DNA of 64,000 nucleotides from Alkalispirochaeta sp. (GTDB lineage Bacteria; Spirochaetota; Spirochaetia; DSM-27196; Alkalispirochaetaceae): positions 224,001 through 288,000 of the forward strand of contig CBDESZ010000025.1 in NCBI GenBank assembly GCA_965242725.1, in the 5' to 3' direction. Positions 59,106 to 64,000 of the stretch are shown piece after piece. Positions within the stretch are counted from its first letter, which is position 1, and each line of letters opens with the position of its first letter. The notes below the pieces were generated by a model. That model saw only the letters and a program-made list of their open reading frames with translations, searched no databases and had not been told where the DNA came from. The position numbers and the translations under genes are program-made.

Positions 59106-60020
59106 ATGAAACAGAAAACTTTTCTCACCGACGCTTTACTATTAACAACGGCCTCTATTTGGGGATTCGCCTTCGTCGCCCAGCGGGTTGGGATGGACCA
59201 TATCGGACCGTTTACCTACAAACGGTATTCGCTTTCTTCTGGGAGCGGGGTGTTCTCGTTCCCGTCGCTCTGCGTATGCGTTCCCTTGCGCCGTCGGCGG
59301 TGTTGCCCACATTGCGGGGAAGTGTCCTCGCCGGCGTGGCGCTCTTTGTTGCGGCGAGTCTCCAGCAGATCGGTCTCGTCTATACCACCGCGGGAAACGC
59401 CGGTTTTATAACGGGATTGTACGTGGTCCTTGTACCGGTCATCGGTATCGGCCGACGGCAGCAAATCGGCATCGGCCGCTGGGCCGCCGTCCTCCTTGCG
59501 GCGGCAGGGCTCTATCTTTTAAGTGTGACCCGGGAGTTTACGGTCAATCCCGGAGATATCTTTGTCGTCGGAAGTGCCCTCTTTTTTGCGATCCACGTCC
59601 AACTCATCGACCACCTCGCGCCGCGTCACTCTCGCGCTCTGGCTTTCTCTCATGCAGTATATCGTCGTCGGGATTTTCAGCATCGTCGTGGGGACTCGTG
59701 ATGGAGCCATGGGAACTCCAGGCGCTGCGTGGGGCATTGCCCGCGATCGTGTACGGCGGTATCGGATCGATCTCTATCGCCTATACGCTGCAGGTAATCG
59801 CGCAGAAAAAGGCGGAACCGAGCCACGCCGCAGTCATTTTAAAGTCTTGAAGGCAGCTTTGCCGCCCTCGGGGGATGGCTCATTCTCGGCGAGATTCTTA
59901 CGCTCCGGGCACTTGCAGGTTGTGGATTGCTCCTGGCCGGGATGGTTCTTTCCCAGTTTTTCCGGCTTCCGCCGGAGAAGGAAGATCGTCGCCGTCGCAC
60001 CGACGGGCGCCGTCGAGTAG
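59106..60020 (+). pseudogene. DMT/EamA family transporter, multiply frameshifted (probably assembly errors)
   Basis: IWGFAFVAQRVG, LQQIGL.YTTAGNAGFITGLYVVLVP, AYTLQVIAQK..P.HAAVIL, LE..FAALGGWLILGE spread over several frames. Confidence 0.8.
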
Positions 60021-60035
60021 GGTCCGGGACGAGCC

Positions 60036-61294
60036 ATGGACTCAACGACCCGCGCATACGGACAGCGACGGTTTCGCCTCTTCTGGATCCTGAACGCCGT
60101 TCCCGTCGCATTCCTCCTTGACGACATTCTTGTCCTTTACGGGATTCGGAACGGTTTACCCGAACCCGCTCTTGCGGCGGTTGTCTCATTTGTTCCCCTG
60201 ACGATGCCCCTTCATGCTCCTTGGCCGGTATTTCACCGCCCGTTGGGGGTTGTCCGGCGGATGGGTCCGGGCGTACATCATTCGATATCTGGCGGTTCTC
60301 GTTCTCGCGGCGGTCCCCTTTCTCTCGCAGCAGGACCATCGTACCGCGCTGTTCATCGGTGGAGCTTTTATCTTTGCGATGTTTCGCGCCGTGGGGGTGA
60401 TCAATATGCACCCCCTCAATGGGGAAATCACCACCGACGAGGACCGGGGCGCCGCTATCTCCACACCAATTTCGCACTGTATAACGTGACGTACATCATT
60501 GCGGTGGTGACGACGATAGTTGCCACCCGCTACTTTGCATCGACCTGGATTTATCAGGGAATGATCATCTTTGCCGTCCTCATCGGGTTCATATCTCTCT
60601 TTGCCCTGAGAGGCGTTCCCGAATCGGGGGAGGGTAGGGCGGGCGGCGAACGAACCGTTCATCCCCCTCCTTAAGGCGGTCCGCCGGGAGATCAGACTGG
60701 GCGTTCTCATTCCGGCGTGGGCGGGGGGACAGATGGCATTCGGCATGGTCATACCCTTTGCGGTAATGCTGCTGAAAAACGGCTACGGCATAGACGACTA
60801 TGCGGCGCTGTTTTTTACCCTCCTGACCCTTGTCGGGAGTGTCGCCAGCGGCATCCTGAACCGTCGGATCACCGCCCGTCTCGATCCGGACCGGCTGGTG
60901 GTCGCATACGTCGGTGTCCCTCGTCGGCCTTGCCGGTTTCTGGGCCTTTGCGCCGGGGAGAATCGTCTATCCCCTCGTCGGCGCTGCGTTCTTCCTCGGC
61001 GGAATTTCCCGGGCGGGCATCATCGTGTCCCTCCAGCACCATCTCATTTCCCGCAATCGTCCGGAACACCGTATGCACGTGTCCCTGCTCGTGGAACTTA
61101 CCGGTTCCGCGGTATCGGGCCTTTCCGGCACGGTCATAGGGGGACTCCTCCTGCAGTTTTTCGGCGAACGAATGTCGGGGATCGATGTGTACCACGCATA
61201 TTTCCGTGTCATCTTCTTCCTTCTCCTGGGGGCGCTCTTTTTTGTTGCCCGGATCGGGCAAGACCGGGCAAGACTCAATAAAGAGATGCATTGA
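60036..61294 (+). pseudogene. MFS-like multi-pass membrane transporter, multiply frameshifted (probably assembly errors)
   Basis: Successive hydrophobic segments switch among ORFs 60036, 60214, 60733 and 60914; PLNGEITTDEDRG loop typical of MFS. Confidence 0.6.
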
Positions 61295-61332
61295 CCCTTG
61301 CGGGCGCGCCGTTGTGCAGTTACACTTCCGCC

Positions 61333-61974
61333 ATGCCGAAGACGTACGAAGGTCTCGCCGATCGTCTCACTCCGGAAAGCATGATCGATCTGAGATCGGA
61401 TGCCCGGACGCGGCGCGTCATCTTTGTGGTGCGCATGATCGCCGTCGTCTTTTTTGTGCCCCTCTTTGCAGGGATACCACTTACATTCCGGCATGCATCG
61501 GGGTTTGATCCGGCGCTGTTATGGAGTCTCGGACTTGGCGAACGGTCGGGTATCGTCTCCTTCCTTGTCCTGGCGGTTATCGCGGAGGCGGGGGCGCTTG
61601 TTCACGAAGGTATACGGGCCGGGGTCGTACGGTTCTGGGGGAATGGGAGTGTCACCTTTGCCTTTGACGGCGTCGCGCCACGGATCTCTGCCCCCGATAC
61701 TGTGCTATCCAGGAAGGTCGCAATCGCCGTATCGGCGGCACCGTTCCTGATCGTTTCAACGGTGGGACTGGTTGCACTCCTCATCGTTCCGGATCGCATC
61801 GTTCCGTGGGTCTTTCTGCCGACGGTTATTCACAACGTCATCGGTGCATCAGACTTTGTCGTCGTCGCATGGCTTGTGGGAATCGACGGAACGTCACCGG
61901 TGCGTCTTCTGTCGGACGGGTGGGTCGCCTACGGCTTTGACGGGAAGTCGGCGGCGTCCAGAAAAAAGAAATAA
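61333..61974 (+). CDS. DUF3267-like membrane protein (putative zincin, HExxH degenerate)
   Basis: LVHEGIR, SAAPFLIVS, HNVIGASDF motifs; TACACT 6 nt before the ATG. Confidence 0.6.
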   Translation: MPKTYEGLADRLTPESMIDLRSDARTRRVIFVVRMIAVVFFVPLFAGIPLTFRHASGFDPALLWSLGLGERSGIVSFLVLAVIAEAGALVHEGIRAGVVRFWGNGSVTFAFDGVAPRISAPDTVLSRKVAIAVSAAPFLIVSTVGLVALLIVPDRIVPWVFLPTVIHNVIGASDFVVVAWLVGIDGTSPVRLLSDGWVAYGFDGKSAASRKKK

Positions 61975-62021
61975 GAAGCAATATACAACGTACATATAGA
62001 GCCAACACAGGGAGGATTTGA

Positions 62022-63338
62022 ATGAGTGTTATCGTAAGCAAGTTCGGCGGAAGCTCCGTCGCCGATGCGAACCAGATCAGAAAAGTGGTGAAAATCGTCG
62101 GAAGCGATGCGCGACGCCGGGTCGTCGTCGTTTCAGCGCCGGGAAAACGATCGAAGAGTGATGAGAAGATCACCGATATTCTCATTTCGTGCCACGCTCT
62201 CGCAGCGAGGGGCGAGGATTTTCGCGGTCGCTTTGCCCTGATCCGGGAGCGATATAATGAAATCGCCGCCGATCTCGGTCTGGGGTCGGATTTTGAACCG
62301 GTACTTGACGAAGTAGAAGAGAATATCGCCGCAGGTGCGGATCAGAGTGCCGTGGTGTCGCGGGGAGAATACCTCGGGGCACGGCTTATCGCCCGTTATA
62401 TGGAATCTGAGTTTGTCGATGCGGCGGAGCTTATCCGGTTTCAGGATTCCACAACGGTGGACGACGGTACGACGGACGAGCTGATTCGCAAGCGTATTTC
62501 CGACGGGGGAACCTACGTCATTCCAGGCTTTTATGGCGCCCATGGGGACGGGCGGGTCCAGCTTTTCACCCGGGGCGGATCGGACATTTCCGCCTCCCTC
62601 GTTGCACGGGCGCTGGATGCGGAACTCTATGAAAACTGGACCGATGTTTCCGGGCTCCTCTCCGCAGACCCCCGGGTTGTCGACGCTCCCGCCCCCATCA
62701 GCGAGGTCAGCTACCATGAACTGCGGGAGCTTGCATATCTGGGGGCCAATGTTTTTCACGACGAGGCGGTTGCGCCCGTGGCGGACCGGGACATTCCCAT
62801 CAATATTCGCAATACAAACAAACCGGACCATCCGGGAACGATGATTCTCTCCCGCGCCAAGGCGTCTCCCCGGGCGCGCGGCAGCAGAACCGGCGTCGCC
62901 GGAAAAACGGGGTTTTCCGGCATCGTCATTCGCCGCTCCATGTTGAGCAAGATCGCCGATTTTCCCGTTCAGCTTGGATCCCTCCTGGGCGAAAAGGGAA
63001 TACGCATGCATCACTGCGCACTGGGGAGCGATTCGGCGACGGCGATCGTCGAAACGGCGGCGCTGGACGCAGCGGGTGAATCGGTTCTTGAGGAGATCAG
63101 GACGCTGTTTACGGCCCTCAGCGTCGAAAAAAGCGTCCCCTACGCCCTGATCGGTGCGGTGGGTGAGGATCTTGCCGTTCTTCCCGCGTCGCTGGGGCGC
63201 GTCCTCACCGCCTTTGGAGAGGCAGGGGTGCCGGTTCACTTCATTTCAAGCGGGTACTCAACGAGCAGTTTCCTCATCGCCGTCGATGAAGAGCGGTATG
63301 AGGAGTCCATCCGTCTCCTTTATACGGCGACCTCATAA
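62022..63338 (+). CDS. lysC: Aspartate kinase
   Basis: VSKFGGSS, VVVSAPGKR, SRGEYL, IPGFYG, FTRGGSDIS, YENWTDVSG, ELRELAYLGA; C-terminal ACT-like region; GGAGG SD. Confidence 0.92.
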   Translation: MSVIVSKFGGSSVADANQIRKVVKIVGSDARRRVVVVSAPGKRSKSDEKITDILISCHALAARGEDFRGRFALIRERYNEIAADLGLGSDFEPVLDEVEENIAAGADQSAVVSRGEYLGARLIARYMESEFVDAAELIRFQDSTTVDDGTTDELIRKRISDGGTYVIPGFYGAHGDGRVQLFTRGGSDISASLVARALDAELYENWTDVSGLLSADPRVVDAPAPISEVSYHELRELAYLGANVFHDEAVAPVADRDIPINIRNTNKPDHPGTMILSRAKASPRARGSRTGVAGKTGFSGIVIRRSMLSKIADFPVQLGSLLGEKGIRMHHCALGSDSATAIVETAALDAAGESVLEEIRTLFTALSVEKSVPYALIGAVGEDLAVLPASLGRVLTAFGEAGVPVHFISSGYSTSSFLIAVDEERYEESIRLLYTATS

Positions 63339-63424
63339 CGGCGGTCCGCCGGTGGCGTCCGCGCCCTGCCTGATGGGGGGACGCCGTAGCGGGAGCGAGA
63401 GGCGCGCTCTGTCCAGGAACGTAT

Positions 63425-63462
63425 AAAAAAGGCTGTCCGGAACTTCCGGACAGCCTTTTTTT
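63425..63462. terminator. Bidirectional intrinsic terminator between lysC and gdhA
   Basis: AAAAAAGGCTGTCCGGAA-C-TTCCGGACAGCCTTTTTTT. Confidence 0.92.
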
Positions 63463-63502
63463 AAGAGTTTTCTGAGCTCTGGACGTTTCCCGTTGGGAAT
63501 CC

Positions 63503-64000
63503 TCAGAAGCCCATGTCGATCATCGTATCGGCAACGCGGCGGAAACCGGCGATGTTGGCACCCCGTACGTAGTCGACGTTGTCGCCCTTCGTACCCTCTT
63601 TGACGCAGTTCGCGTGGATCGTCTTCATGATCAGCTGCAGTTTCTCATCAACCTCTTCCGCCGTCCATGCAAGTTTCATGGAGTTCTGGGACATTTCAAG
63701 CCCCGATACGGCGACACCCCCGGCGTTGGCTGCCTTGCCCGGTGCGAAGGGCACACCGGCGTGCTGGATGTTCTCGACCGCTTCCGGCGTGCAGCCCATG
63801 TTGGAGGTTTCCACAACGTAGGTCACACCGTTTTTCAGCAGCGTGGCGGCGTCGTCGCCGTTGAGCTCATTTTGAATCGCGCAGGGCATGGCGACATCGA
63901 CGGGGACTTCCCAGGGTTTCCTGCCGGCCACGAAGGTTGCGCCGAACTTCCTTGCGTACGGTTCCACGACGTCGTTGTTGGAGGCGCGCAGCTGAAGGAG
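63503..64000 (-). CDS. gdhA: NADP-specific glutamate dehydrogenase, C-terminal part (5' end outside window)
   Basis: KPWEVPVDVAMPCAIQNEL, PGKAANAGGVAVSGLEMSQNS, W..EEVD.KL..IM..IH, DYVRGANIAGF. Confidence 0.93.
   Translation of the reverse strand, partial: LLQLRASNNDVVEPYARKFGATFVAGRKPWEVPVDVAMPCAIQNELNGDDAATLLKNGVTYVVETSNMGCTPEAVENIQHAGVPFAPGKAANAGGVAVSGLEMSQNSMKLAWTAEEVDEKLQLIMKTIHANCVKEGTKGDNVDYVRGANIAGFRRVADTMIDMGF

Noticed and set aside
61975..62021. Lysine riboswitch upstream of aspartate kinase
   Set aside because: The intergenic space is under 50 bp, far too short, and has no matching motif.

Overview
This 64 kb window is chromosomal core and metabolic sequence from a GC-rich bacterium, most likely a free-living spirochaete (Spirochaetaceae-like). 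That call rests on Cys-less 'FAGGQRE'-type binding-protein leaders, a FlgD-Ig/OmpA lipoprotein and the murB/ECF sigma/anti-sigma/cNMP-TPR neighbourhood. In order it carries: an L-rhamnose uptake/catabolism operon, trpB2, a Zn/Mn ABC importer, TetR-MATE-aldo/keto reductase, an NSS transporter plus its 32-aa small subunit, an ATP-grasp/peptidase C26 pair, mltG, a COG0523 GTPase, panE, purB, purD-hisI, a BaeSR-like two-component system, a beta-propeller diguanylate cyclase, sugar genes (GPH, GH65, GT2, GH1), tRNA-Gly(CCC), mgtE, murB, an ECF operon, glyA, aspartate kinase and the 3' end of gdhA. I saw no CRISPR array, IS element, integrase or prophage. Best leads: (1) a 97-aa ribbon-helix-helix + Cys/His protein whose promoter shares a direct-repeat box with the neighbouring metal ABC operon, a candidate non-Zur zinc-uptake regulator; (2) an in-frame PurD-HisI fusion; (3) a COG0523 GTPase lacking its CxCC motif; (4) a ~70-nt promoter-to-terminator unit upstream of slyD; (5) a 30-bp inverted repeat pair between the ATP-grasp and Nudix genes; (6) pervasive leaderless-type promoters. 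The 54.7-61 kb stretch has many homopolymer frameshifts that look like assembly errors. All product calls come from motif recognition by eye; no database searches were run.
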